From the NCBI GenBank assembly GCA_035297105.1, contig DATGZO010000012.1:63822-127821 (forward strand): a DNA stretch of 64,000 nucleotides, in the 5' to 3' direction. Shown here piece by piece: positions 17,448 through 27,065 of this stretch. The DNA comes from Thermoplasmata archaeon (lineage in GTDB: Archaea; Thermoplasmatota; Thermoplasmata; Lutacidiplasmatales; UBA184). The notes below the pieces were generated by a model. It was given only the letters and a program-made list of their open reading frames with translations. It did no database searches and was not told the origin of the DNA. The position numbers and the translations under genes are program-made. Every line of letters starts with the position of its first letter. Position 1 is the stretch's first letter.

Positions 17448-18215
17448 CTATCGAACCCGAAAGCGCTCGAGGGCCGCGGCCTCTTCGAAGTGGAGGTCGG
17501 CCGGTATCACGACCGCGTGGAGCGGAGGGCCGAAGTCCATCTTGATCAACTGGCCGAGCGGCCCGAACCAGCCGGCGGCCGAATCGTTGCCGACGCGCGC
17601 GACCACCGCCACGGGAGTCTCAGGTCGGAGCACGACGTGGTCGGGATCCCGTTCGGTGAGGGTGCGGAGCGCCTCGCCCGCTGTGAGGTACCGTCCCTCC
17701 CCCGGCCGCAGGTCCAAGAGGACCAGCGTATGGAGGCCCCGGTCGAGATTCCCGGCGATCTGGTCGATCATCGACCGTGGGACGAACCCGGGGTCGGGCA
17801 TCGGCACCGACACGGTGCGCCCGAATCGATAGTGCATCAGGCCGAGAAAGCCCGCGGCCGCGGTGAGGATGCTCGCGTTCGGGAGATACCGCCAGGAGTG
17901 CCCCGCCCGTTCCGCCGCGAGCCGGATCGCCACGTGGGTTGTCGCGGCGAACGGATCGCCGACCACGAGCAGCGCGACGCGGGGGTGCTGCGCGAGCGCC
18001 TCCAGCACCGGGCGTTCCGACTCGAGCTCCGCGCGGTCGAGGGGCTCGATCGGGTGGCCGATCCGGGCGGAGAGGCGGAAAAGCGTTCCGGCGGGCGCCA
18101 CCGCCGTGTACTCCTCCGCAAAGATCCGGTCCGCTCGCCGGAGCGCGTCCAACGCCTGCTCGGAAAGTCCCCGCTCGTCGGAGAGACCGAGGCCGACGAA
18201 CCAGAGTTCGGCCAT
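17448..18215 (-). CDS. dphB: Diphthine synthase
   Basis: 'LWFVGLGLSDERGLSEQALDALRRADRIFAEEYT' is typical of the archaeal Dph5 tetrapyrrole-methylase fold. Length 255 aa. Confidence 0.75.
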   Translation of the reverse strand: MAELWFVGLGLSDERGLSEQALDALRRADRIFAEEYTAVAPAGTLFRLSARIGHPIEPLDRAELESERPVLEALAQHPRVALLVVGDPFAATTHVAIRLAAERAGHSWRYLPNASILTAAAGFLGLMHYRFGRTVSVPMPDPGFVPRSMIDQIAGNLDRGLHTLVLLDLRPGEGRYLTAGEALRTLTERDPDHVVLRPETPVAVVARVGNDSAAGWFGPLGQLIKMDFGPPLHAVVIPADLHFEEAAALERFRVR

Positions 18216-18230
18216 CGGGTCTCCGCTCGA

Positions 18231-19040
18231 TCAGGCACGGAGGGCGAGCACGGGACAGGGAGCGGCGCGGAACAACTCCTCCAGGAACCAGCGGGTCAGG
18301 AGGGGCCCCTCAGTGCCCTCTTCCTCTCCGCCGACCAGGAGCAGGCCGAATCGTTCCCGCTGGGCCGCCTGGAGCATCAGCTCCGGAAGGCGACGCCGGC
18401 GACCCAGCACGGCCTGGGAAAAGAACGACTGCTTGTGGAAGCGGGGGACGCCGCGCGCGCTCGGCTCGTCGCGGGCGGAACTGTCGGCCCCCGCGTCCGA
18501 GCGGGTCCCGAGTTGGAGGGTGATGACCGGGACGCCGCCGCCGCGTACGGAAAGCTCCTCCGCGATCCGCATCGACTTCGGGGGGGCGGATCGCCGGAAC
18601 GTCGGGATCAGGATCCGGGGGACACGGTCGCCCGCGAGGGCGAGCCGATTGAGGATCAGCACGTCGCAGGTCGCGTGGTGGAGGATACCGCTGGTCGTGT
18701 GGCCGACGAACGGGTTGCGGCTCCCCGGGTTCCCACGGAGGGTCATGAGGATCGCTTCGACTCCTTCGGTCTCCGCGCTCTCGAGGATCTCCCCGGGGAC
18801 GTCGGTGGAGGCCTTCACCTCGGGCTCGACCCGAATGTCCAGGGAAGCGCCGGTCTCATGCGCGGGCACGACGATGTTCACGGAGGAACGCCACTCCCGG
18901 GCGACCTGGGGAAGCGTGGTCGTGGGGATCACGTGCAGGAGACGGATCTCGCCGTCGGCGTCCAGGAGGTTGGCCGCGAACCGGATCAGCGGCTCGACCT
19001 CGGAGGGGAGTTGGACCGGCACGAGAATGCGCTTGTACAT
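18231..19040 (-). CDS. Tandem universal stress protein (UspA) domain protein, KdpQ-like position downstream of kdpC
   Basis: Two Usp repeats ('MYKRILVPV...LLHVIP', 'RILIPT...GLLLVGGEE'). Gene order kdpFABC-usp resembles Halobacterium kdpFABCQ. Confidence 0.6.
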   Translation of the reverse strand: MYKRILVPVQLPSEVEPLIRFAANLLDADGEIRLLHVIPTTTLPQVAREWRSSVNIVVPAHETGASLDIRVEPEVKASTDVPGEILESAETEGVEAILMTLRGNPGSRNPFVGHTTSGILHHATCDVLILNRLALAGDRVPRILIPTFRRSAPPKSMRIAEELSVRGGGVPVITLQLGTRSDAGADSSARDEPSARGVPRFHKQSFFSQAVLGRRRRLPELMLQAAQRERFGLLLVGGEEEGTEGPLLTRWFLEELFRAAPCPVLALRA

Positions 19041-19044
19041 CCGG

Positions 19045-19653
19045 TCACCCCTTTCCTATCAGGGGGAGCAGGGCGAGATCGAGCTCGAGCACGTTGACGT
19101 AGGCGACCCCGACGAACGGTAGGTACGGGTTCGTGATATGCTGGTTGACCAGGTTCGTCACGACCGCGAGAGAGAGGTTGGTGTTCTCGGAGACACGGAG
19201 GACCTGGACGAGCACCGCCTCCGGCGTGAGATCCGGGTCGACGTCCGACGCAGAGGGAGTGACGTACCACGCCGGCAGCGACGCGTTCACCGAGTAGTTT
19301 CCATACTCCTTCATGTACGCAATGGTTTCGTTGAGGAGGGTACCCAGCGCCGGGTCGCTCGGACCGGGCGGCGTATCCGCCCCCAGCGTCATGTTGTAGT
19401 CGGTGAGGGACGGGCGCTCCCAGAACAGGTAGGGAGCGCTCGTGTTCTGGGCGATCAGCGCGGAGGCGGCGACGGTCCCATTCGGGTAGTGGAGCAGGGA
19501 GCCGTTCGCAGTGGCCGGGTCGAGCACCTGGGCGACCTCCGTCACGAACACCGGGTACGCGAACCCGCTCATCAGCAGCGTGAGGGCGAGGAAGAGGGCC
19601 GCGGCACGCAGGTGGGTGGTCCAGGAATGCGCCGGGCGCCCGACCTCGGACAC
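19045..19653 (-). CDS. kdpC: Potassium-transporting ATPase subunit C
   Basis: N-terminal TM 'LRAAALFLALTLLMSGFAYPVFVT' then 'ANGSLLHYPNGTVAASALI' matches the KdpC N-terminus. Start placed at an in-frame GTG; the upstream ORF extension is GC artefact. Confidence 0.7.
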   Translation of the reverse strand: MSEVGRPAHSWTTHLRAAALFLALTLLMSGFAYPVFVTEVAQVLDPATANGSLLHYPNGTVAASALIAQNTSAPYLFWERPSLTDYNMTLGADTPPGPSDPALGTLLNETIAYMKEYGNYSVNASLPAWYVTPSASDVDPDLTPEAVLVQVLRVSENTNLSLAVVTNLVNQHITNPYLPFVGVAYVNVLELDLALLPLIGKG

Positions 19654-19760
19654 CGCGAGCGGCTTGGGAGGAGGCGGCGCGGCCCCCGGTGCGGGGGCGA
19701 CCGACGGCGCGGAGGAAGGTCCGGCGGACGCGGGAGGCGGCGAGGTCCGGTCCGGCGCGC

Positions 19761-21896
19761 TCACCGGCCTCCGAGCGGCAGGTAGTGGGTCACGACCGTC
19801 CCCACCGCGTGGACGAAGGGGAGGGTCTCCACCCAGGCGAGCCAGAGGTACAGCAACTTGATGCCGGCAAACGCGCTGACGAGCCCCCCGACCCCGTACA
19901 GGAGGAGATTCTTCCGGAGCAGGTCGATCGCACTGCTGGGCCGGAACGGCACCCCCGCGAGAGCGAGCGGGATCAGGATCGGGATGATCAGGGCGTTGAA
20001 CAGGAGCGCCGAGAGGACTGCGAGCTCGGGGTTTCCCAGGCCCATGATGTTCAGGACGGCGATCCCCGGCAGGGTCGTCGCCCCCGCGGCGATGAAGATC
20101 GCCGGGATGATGGCGAAGTACTTCGCGACGTCGTTGGTGATGGAGAAGGTCGTGAGCCCGCCTCGGGTGATCAGGAGTTGCTTGCCGATCGACACGACCT
20201 CGATCAGCTTGGTGGGATCGTTGTCGAGGTCGACCATGTTCCCCGCCTCCTTGGCCGCGCTGGTGCCGCTGTTCATGGCGAGACCGACATCCGCCCGGGC
20301 GAGGGCGGGGGCGTCGTTCGTCCCGTCGCCCGTCATCGCGACCATGCGTCCCTCCGCCTTCTCCCTCTGAATGAGGAGCAGCTTCGTCTCCGGCTTCGCT
20401 TCGGCCACGAAGTCGTCCACGCCGGCTTCCTTGGCAATCGCCGCCGCGGTCAAGCGGTTGTCCCCCGTGCACATGACGGTCCGAATCCCCATCGTGCGCA
20501 ACTCGCGGATCCGGTCCTTGATGCCGGGCTTGACCACATCCTTGAGCAGGACGATCCCCAGGGCCCGCTTGTTCACCGCGATCGCGAGCGGCGTCATCCC
20601 TTGGCCCGAGGCCGCGGCGGCGGCCCGACGCACATCGGGCGATATCGCCGCGCCGTACGCCTCGATCGCTGAGATCGCTCCCTTGTAGGCCTCGGTGCCG
20701 TCCTGGAGAGCGATGCCGCTCATCCGTCGCTCGGCCGTGAAGGGCATCACCTTGAAGGAGCCGAGTTCGAGCTTGCGGGTCGGCGCGTTGCGACGGGCGG
20801 CCAGGCGGACGATCGACCGACCCTCCGGCGTTTCGTCGACGGAGGAGGCGAGGAGCGCCCCCTCCAGGAGCTCCGGCATCTCGACGCCCGGCGCCGCGAT
20901 GAACTGGACCGCGAGCCGGTTCCCGATGGTGATCGTCCCCGTCTTGTCGAGGATGATGAGGTCGAGGTCCCCGGCCGCTTCCACCGCTTTACCCGACTTG
21001 GCGATGACGTTCGCGCGGGCCACCCGGTTGATCCCCGAGATCCCGATCGCGGGGAGGAGCGCGCCGATCGTGGTGGGCATGAGGCAGACGAAGAGGGCGA
21101 CGATGGTCGCGACGTCGATGTAGACGATGTTGGTGAAGTCGGCGAGGAAGATGAACGAGACCACGACTGTGAACAGCGTGATCGTGAACGCGTACAGCAG
21201 GACCCCGAGCGCGATCTCGTTGGGAGTCGATTCCCGGCCCTGCCCTTCGACGAGCCGAATGAGGCGGTCGAGGAACGATTCCCCCCGCACCGCGGTGACC
21301 CGGATGTGGATCGTGCCTTGGAGGACCCGGGTGCCCCCGAGCACGCTGGTCTTGTCTCCGCCGCCCTCCCGGATGACCGCTTCGGACTCGCCGGTCATCA
21401 TCGACTCGTCGATGAGGGCGGCACCGTGGATGATGTCGCCGTCGATCGGGATCGGTTCTCCGGGCCGGACCTCGACCGTGTCCCCGACGCGCAGGATGTC
21501 CGAGGGGACCCGCTGGAGGTGCCCGTCGGGAAGGACCTGGTTCGCCCGGACCCCGCTTCGGATCTGTCTCAGGCTGTCGGCCTGGGCTCGGCCCCGCGCC
21601 TCGGCGATCGCCTGGCCCAGGTTCGCGAACCAGAGCGTCAGAAAGAGGATGACGGTGACCGCGAGGTAGTAGTTCGCACTGTAGCTCCGCGCGATATCCG
21701 GGAAGGCCCCCGGCACGAGGGTGAGGACCACGAGGAAGAGGAACAGGACGTAGACGCAGAACATGACCGGATGGCGGACCTCCTGAGCCGGGTGGAACAT
21801 CCGGAACGAATCGGCGATCACCCGCCGCCAGGAGGTGTGCGGGGTGCGGCGCACGGAGACGCGGGCCCCGTGCGCGCTCAAGGTTGAAGTTTCCAT
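19761..21896 (-). CDS. kdpB: Potassium-transporting P-type ATPase subunit B
   Basis: 'DKTGTIT' phosphorylation motif, 'MTGDGTNDAPALA' hinge motif, 'TGD' motif. Confidence 0.9.
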   Translation of the reverse strand: METSTLSAHGARVSVRRTPHTSWRRVIADSFRMFHPAQEVRHPVMFCVYVLFLFLVVLTLVPGAFPDIARSYSANYYLAVTVILFLTLWFANLGQAIAEARGRAQADSLRQIRSGVRANQVLPDGHLQRVPSDILRVGDTVEVRPGEPIPIDGDIIHGAALIDESMMTGESEAVIREGGGDKTSVLGGTRVLQGTIHIRVTAVRGESFLDRLIRLVEGQGRESTPNEIALGVLLYAFTITLFTVVVSFIFLADFTNIVYIDVATIVALFVCLMPTTIGALLPAIGISGINRVARANVIAKSGKAVEAAGDLDLIILDKTGTITIGNRLAVQFIAAPGVEMPELLEGALLASSVDETPEGRSIVRLAARRNAPTRKLELGSFKVMPFTAERRMSGIALQDGTEAYKGAISAIEAYGAAISPDVRRAAAAASGQGMTPLAIAVNKRALGIVLLKDVVKPGIKDRIRELRTMGIRTVMCTGDNRLTAAAIAKEAGVDDFVAEAKPETKLLLIQREKAEGRMVAMTGDGTNDAPALARADVGLAMNSGTSAAKEAGNMVDLDNDPTKLIEVVSIGKQLLITRGGLTTFSITNDVAKYFAIIPAIFIAAGATTLPGIAVLNIMGLGNPELAVLSALLFNALIIPILIPLALAGVPFRPSSAIDLLRKNLLLYGVGGLVSAFAGIKLLYLWLAWVETLPFVHAVGTVVTHYLPLGGR

Positions 21897-21906
21897 GTTG
21901 CCTCCC

Positions 21907-23610
21907 TCACAGGATCTGGGCGAGGGGGCCCAGGGCGATCACCGGAAGGAAGATCAGGGCGGTGATGACGATGAGGAACAGGGCCAGGTACAGCGTGAAC
22001 GTCCCGCTCGCCGTCCGGAGGGTCCCGGAGGTGGGGGGCATAGTCGGCTGTCGGGCGAACCGCTCCCCGACCATCAACATCGCATAGAATGGCACGTACC
22101 GGCCCACGAGCATGACGAGCGCCCCGGCCACGTTGAAGAACGGGGTGGTATCGGTGAATCCCCCGGTGGAGAGCGCGCTCCCGTTGTTCGCCGATTCGGA
22201 CGTGAACTCGTACAGGACCGACGTGAAGTTGTGGGAGGTCGCTCCGATGGCGGAAGTGTCGAGGGTGACGAACCCCCCCAGGACTGCGACGACGAACGGC
22301 AGGAAGATCGTCGCCGGATGGACCAGCAACGCGAGGGTCGACCACTTGACATGGGCCGTCTCGATCTTCTTCCCGAGATACTCGGGTGTTCGGCCGACCA
22401 TCAATCCACCGACGAAGATCGCGAGGACGGCGTATAGGAGGAGCATCCCGAACCCCGACCCCTCGCCGCCGGGCGTGCTCTGGGTGAACATCCCGAACAG
22501 GAGGACCATCTGGCTGACGGGGCTGAGCGCCCCGATCATCATGTTGTTCGCGCCGACGTTGCTGTACACGCTCACCACTTGGAAGAGCGACGCGTCGCCG
22601 AGACCGAACCGTGTCTCCTGGCCGACCGGATACCCGTTACTGGTCTGCGACCCCAGCCCCGCGACATCCGCAAGGGCCGGGTTCGAGGCCGCCTGGTAGA
22701 CGATGAAGAGAGTGAGGGCGACCACGAGGACGATCAGGATCGTCCCGAGGTACGGCCACGCCTCGTTGCGTCGTCGGATGATCTGCGCGAACGCGAACGG
22801 GGTCGAGAGCGGGATCAGGAGCATGAGGAACACTCCGAACAGGTCCGAGACCGCGGATGGGTTCGCGAAGGGATTGGCCATGTTGGCGGAGTACCACCCT
22901 CCCCCGTTAGTCCCGATGAGGGAGATCGACTGGTAGCTCGCGACCGGCCCGAGATAGATCGTCTGGGTCCCTCCCGTGATCGGGTGGGCGATGACGCTCG
23001 CGGTGAGGGTTTCGGGGACCCCCAGGACGACCATGACGAGGGCGCCCACCACCGAGAGCGGGATCAGCACCCGCGTCAGGGTCCGAACCATGTCGACGTA
23101 GTAGTTTCCTAGGGTCCCGTCCTTCCGGATGAACCCGCGGACCATCGCCGCGAAGACAGCGAGCCCGGTCGCCGCGGAGATGAAGAGCGCGAGCTGCCAA
23201 CCCAGGACGAGCGCGCCGAAGCTGATCTGGGACTCGTTGGTGAAGTGGGTGAAGTCGGTGTTGGTCGTGAAGCTGGACGCCGAGTGGAACGCGAGGTCCC
23301 ACGTCATGTTGGGGACGCCGGTCGGGTTGAAGGGAAGGCCCGCCTGCATGAAGAAGAACCAGAACAGGTAGGCGATGACGGCGCCGTTGACGAGCAGGAG
23401 CGCGGCCATGTATTCCCGCGCGGGCATCGACTTGCGGGGCGAAGTTCCCAGGAGGCGGTAAATCCCCCGCTCGAGGGGCGCGAGGACCACATCCCCCAGG
23501 ATCGGGCGGTTCGTGTAGACCTTCCCGAGGTACTCTCCGAAGAAGGGGGCGACCGCCACGGCGATGGCGAGAAGGACGACCACGTCCCACAGGGAGCGGA
23601 GGTCGATCAC
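21907..23610 (-). CDS. kdpA: Potassium-transporting ATPase subunit A
   Basis: 567 aa, about 10 TM helices, KdpA-like N-terminus 'LAIAVAVAPFFGEYLGKVY' and selectivity-filter-like Gly-rich loops. Confidence 0.85.
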   Translation of the reverse strand: MIDLRSLWDVVVLLAIAVAVAPFFGEYLGKVYTNRPILGDVVLAPLERGIYRLLGTSPRKSMPAREYMAALLLVNGAVIAYLFWFFFMQAGLPFNPTGVPNMTWDLAFHSASSFTTNTDFTHFTNESQISFGALVLGWQLALFISAATGLAVFAAMVRGFIRKDGTLGNYYVDMVRTLTRVLIPLSVVGALVMVVLGVPETLTASVIAHPITGGTQTIYLGPVASYQSISLIGTNGGGWYSANMANPFANPSAVSDLFGVFLMLLIPLSTPFAFAQIIRRRNEAWPYLGTILIVLVVALTLFIVYQAASNPALADVAGLGSQTSNGYPVGQETRFGLGDASLFQVVSVYSNVGANNMMIGALSPVSQMVLLFGMFTQSTPGGEGSGFGMLLLYAVLAIFVGGLMVGRTPEYLGKKIETAHVKWSTLALLVHPATIFLPFVVAVLGGFVTLDTSAIGATSHNFTSVLYEFTSESANNGSALSTGGFTDTTPFFNVAGALVMLVGRYVPFYAMLMVGERFARQPTMPPTSGTLRTASGTFTLYLALFLIVITALIFLPVIALGPLAQIL

Positions 23611-23623
23611 GTCCGGAAGCCTC

Positions 23624-23696
23624 TCAGAACTGCTCGGGGTGGACCATGGAGTAGATCAGGTAGACCGTCAGGGCGAGGCAGATGACCGTCAACATG
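23624..23696 (-). CDS. kdpF: KdpF, 23-aa single-helix subunit
   Basis: Minus-strand ATG at 23696 gives 'MLTVICLALTVYLIYSMVHPEQF*', similar to the E. coli KdpF end 'LGYLVYALINAEAF'. Directly upstream of kdpA; not in the ORF track. Confidence 0.55.
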
Positions 23697-23817
23697 GTGA
23701 GCCCCAGGTTCTGGACGACCCAGCTCGACACGGTTTCGACGCCTGAAGCGTTGGACCCGGGAGTCGGTATTTAGCCTCGTTTGGCGAGTTGCACGCTACC
23801 ACGCGGGTTCCGAAGAT

Positions 23818-25551
23818 TTATGAGGGGGTCTCTTTCGACGGCGGCTTCCTTCCCCGGCCGCGTCGGGGCGGCTTCTCCTCGCCCGGATGCGCCCGCTGGC
23901 GGGCCTCCGCGGAGAGGCGCCGGACGATCCGTCGCATGGCCCGTTCGCGACGTACCTCCGCGGCCTGGTACTGGACGTCCCGGGTCTCCCGGGTGAGCAG
24001 GACCGCGACGCGCCCGACCGAGCTACGACCCGTCCGGCCCCGGCGTTGGATGGCCCGGATCTCGCTGGGCACGGACTCGAAGAAGACGACGAGGTCGACA
24101 TCGGGGACGTCCAGCCCTTCCTCCGCCACGCTGCTGGCGACGAGGACCGGGAACTGACCCGCGCGGAACCCGGCCAGGATGTGGGCCTGTTCCTTCTGGT
24201 TCATCCCTTTGTCCTCGGGGTCCCGGGTCGCCTGGCCCACGAACCGGCCGACCGCCCACCCCTCCTGTTCGAGCCGATCCTGGATCGACTGGATCGTATC
24301 CCGGTACTGGGCGAAGACGAGGATGCGGGCCGGGCGCTCTCGGGTCCCGCCCAACACTTCCCGCACGAGTCCGACGAGGGCGTCGAGCTTCGGGTGGGAG
24401 GGTTCCTTCGACACGCGAAGGAACTCCTCCGCCTCCGTCCGGGCGCGCGCCACCTCCGGAAGCTTGAGGAAGGCGAGGTCGCCCCGGGAGGCCTTCGGCT
24501 TCGCCCCCACCCGCTCCAGGTACTGGAGGAACGGGGTGAAACCCTGCGTTTCGAGCCGCTCTTGCGCGTGGTAGAGGTGGAGGAGGACGAGTTGGTGGAA
24601 GAGGGGGCCGAACCGTCGGACCATCGGCCCGGGGCGGGCGAAGATCTCGGCCCGGAGCGCGATCAGGTCCTTGACGGTCAACGAACCGATGGGCTTCTTC
24701 CGCAAGTAGCCCATCTTCTGGAGCTTGCGTGCCTCTGCGTGGGCCGCCTCTTCCAATGAGGTCTGGATCCGCGCCGCGGCCGGAGAGAGGTCGACCCAGA
24801 CGTAATCGACGTCGATCTGATGGACGTACTCCGCGACCCCCGGATCCTCCCGGCTCCGGGCCTCGATGCGGCGGACCCCCAGGGCTCCGACCACCTCCTC
24901 GATCCGCTCGTCCTTTCCCCCCGGGGACGCGGTGAGCCCGAGGACTCGTCCCCCGGCGGGACGTTCCGCGCGGTACCGCTCCGCGATCGGGACGTAGACG
25001 TACTTACCAACCGCGTGATGGGCTTCGTCGAAGACGAGGAGGGCGACGCGCGTGAGATCGTACCGTCCGGCCGCGAGGTCGTTCTGCACGATCTCGGGGG
25101 TGGCGAAGACGAGGTCGGCATCGGCCCAACTTCCCTCGCGCACGGGCCGGTGGACGGTCCCGGTAAAGCGAGCGATCCGAAGGGGGATGAACCAGTGCCG
25201 AAAGGAGTCCGCATGCTGCTGGACCAGAGGCCGGGTCGGTGCCAGCACCAGGACCTTTCCGTCCTGGCGTCGGAGGACCTCGGAGGCGATCAGCCCGGCG
25301 ATGACCGTCTTCCCGAGGCCGGTGGGAAGCACCACCAAGAGGTCCTCCTCGAGACCGATCCGCGCCAACTCGATCTGGAATGGCAACGCGCGGATCAGGC
25401 CGGGTCGAAGAAGCGGATGGTCGACCATCCCGTCGGTCACCCGCCAGATCCCGGGGTAGGCGTCGGGATGGGCGCGTACGCGAGGCATCGGCTCGGGTGC
25501 CGGCGCCTCGCCGGGAACTCCGAACTCATCGAGGCGTCGCTGCGGACTCAC
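23818..25551 (-). CDS. Hef/FANCM-family DEAH-box helicase (helicase domain only, no ERCC4 nuclease domain)
   Basis: 'LVVLPTGLGKTVIA' Walker A, 'VFDEAHHAVG' DEAH box, helicase C motifs 'VLVASSVAEEGLDVP' and 'QRRGRTGR'. Basic C-terminal tail 'KPPRRGRGRKPPSKE'. Confidence 0.7.
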   Translation of the reverse strand: MSPQRRLDEFGVPGEAPAPEPMPRVRAHPDAYPGIWRVTDGMVDHPLLRPGLIRALPFQIELARIGLEEDLLVVLPTGLGKTVIAGLIASEVLRRQDGKVLVLAPTRPLVQQHADSFRHWFIPLRIARFTGTVHRPVREGSWADADLVFATPEIVQNDLAAGRYDLTRVALLVFDEAHHAVGKYVYVPIAERYRAERPAGGRVLGLTASPGGKDERIEEVVGALGVRRIEARSREDPGVAEYVHQIDVDYVWVDLSPAAARIQTSLEEAAHAEARKLQKMGYLRKKPIGSLTVKDLIALRAEIFARPGPMVRRFGPLFHQLVLLHLYHAQERLETQGFTPFLQYLERVGAKPKASRGDLAFLKLPEVARARTEAEEFLRVSKEPSHPKLDALVGLVREVLGGTRERPARILVFAQYRDTIQSIQDRLEQEGWAVGRFVGQATRDPEDKGMNQKEQAHILAGFRAGQFPVLVASSVAEEGLDVPDVDLVVFFESVPSEIRAIQRRGRTGRSSVGRVAVLLTRETRDVQYQAAEVRRERAMRRIVRRLSAEARQRAHPGEEKPPRRGRGRKPPSKETPS

Positions 25552-25634
25552 GGTGGTGCGACGGCCAGAGTGACCTCGCCCTTAGGGGCTTCCCTCTAGC
25601 GTGTCTCGCGAGGCGCGCCCGAGCGTCCGGAGCG

Positions 25635-26957
25635 TCAGAACCGACCGGGCTCGGGGGTCAACGCCGCGCGGCCCCCCATGTACGGGCGGAGTACCTCGGG
25701 AACGGTCACGGAGCCGTCGGGTTGCTGGTACTGCTCGAGGATCACGGCCAACGCACGCGACGTCGCGACGGCCGTGGAGTTGAGTGTGTGGGGCACCCGC
25801 TTCCCGGGTCGACCGGCCTTTCCGAGCCGGATGCCCAGTCGACGAGCTTGGTAATCCGCGCAATTCGAGCAGCTCACCACCTCGCGGTAGGCCTGCTGGC
25901 GGGGGAACCACGCCTCGACATCGTACTTCTTGGCGGCGACCGTACCCACGTCCCCGGTGCAGACGTGGACCACTCGATACGGGATCTCCAGGCGACGGAA
26001 GACCTCCTCGGCGTTGGCGCGGAGCTCCTCCAATATCGTGGGGGACTCTTCCGGTCGGCAGAACACGAACTGCTCGACCTTTTGGAACTGGTGGACCCGA
26101 AAGATCCCCTTCTGGTCGACTCCGTGGCCTCCGATCTCCTTGCGGAAGCACGGACTGATGCCGGCCAGGCGGACGGGGAGACGGTCCTCGTCCAGGATCT
26201 CCCCCTGGTACAGCGCGGCGAGGGGATGCTCGCTCGTCGCGATGAGGTAGAGGTCCTCTCCCTCGATCTTGTACATCACGTTCTCGAAATCTGCGAGGTC
26301 GGTGACGCCCTCGTACGGGTCGCGTCGGAGAGCGTAGGGCGGAGTGACCGGCGTGAAGCCCCGATCGACCAGGAGGTCGAGGGCGAATCGCTGCAGCGCG
26401 AGGTCGAGCAGCACGATCGGGCCCCGGAGGTAGTAGAAGCCGGCGCCGCTCACGCGTCGGGCCCGGTCGAACTCGGCCATGCCGAGCTCCTCGAGGACCT
26501 GGCCGTGTCCCTTCAGCTCCCCGGCGCCCTGCCGGGGATGGCCCCACGTCGCGAGGACGACGTTCTCGGAATCGTCCTTGCCGTACGGCACGGACGGGTC
26601 GAGCAGGTTCGGGAGGCGACGCAGGAGCGCGTCGCGGTGTCGGAGGAGCTCCCCTTCCCGTGCTTCGGTCTCCCGCAGGGTGTCGGGGATCGTCTTCGCC
26701 TCGGCGTCGAGCTCGGGAGAGGAGGCCCCCTTGGCCCGCGTCTCGCCGATCCGTCGGCTCAAGTCGTTGCGGCGGCGACGGAGCTCGTCGGCCGTGCGGA
26801 GGCACTCCCGCCATTCCGTGTCGGTCTTCCGCACCTCGTGAAAGATGGTGAGGTAGGCGGGGTTGCGGCGCCGGGCAAGGTTCTCCTCGACCTGGGCGGG
26901 TTCCTTGCGGAGGAGGTCGAGGTCGATCACGATAGGGCCGGAAGGCCCTCCGACCAA
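25635..26957 (-). CDS. serS: Seryl-tRNA synthetase
   Basis: N-terminal 'IDLDLLRKEPAQVEENL' coiled-coil arm. Class-II motifs 'FRVHQFQKVEQFVF' and 'GAGFYYLRG'. TTG start. Confidence 0.85.
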   Translation of the reverse strand: MVGGPSGPIVIDLDLLRKEPAQVEENLARRRNPAYLTIFHEVRKTDTEWRECLRTADELRRRRNDLSRRIGETRAKGASSPELDAEAKTIPDTLRETEAREGELLRHRDALLRRLPNLLDPSVPYGKDDSENVVLATWGHPRQGAGELKGHGQVLEELGMAEFDRARRVSGAGFYYLRGPIVLLDLALQRFALDLLVDRGFTPVTPPYALRRDPYEGVTDLADFENVMYKIEGEDLYLIATSEHPLAALYQGEILDEDRLPVRLAGISPCFRKEIGGHGVDQKGIFRVHQFQKVEQFVFCRPEESPTILEELRANAEEVFRRLEIPYRVVHVCTGDVGTVAAKKYDVEAWFPRQQAYREVVSCSNCADYQARRLGIRLGKAGRPGKRVPHTLNSTAVATSRALAVILEQYQQPDGSVTVPEVLRPYMGGRAALTPEPGRF

Positions 26958-27065
26958 AGTCTTTGCCCCCAGGGGGCCGGGACGCCCCGGAACGCCCCGC
27001 GGAGCCCCACCGGCAAACTCCTATGTACCCTCGCGGGGGATTCGCCCGGCGGAGTGGGGAGAGTC

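Noticed and set aside
25380-27065. N-terminal ~560 aa of the 1060-aa track ORF ending in the aldehyde dehydrogenase
   Set aside because: Runs antisense to serS and has low-complexity composition. A clean ATG at 27066 begins the conserved ALDH N-terminus.
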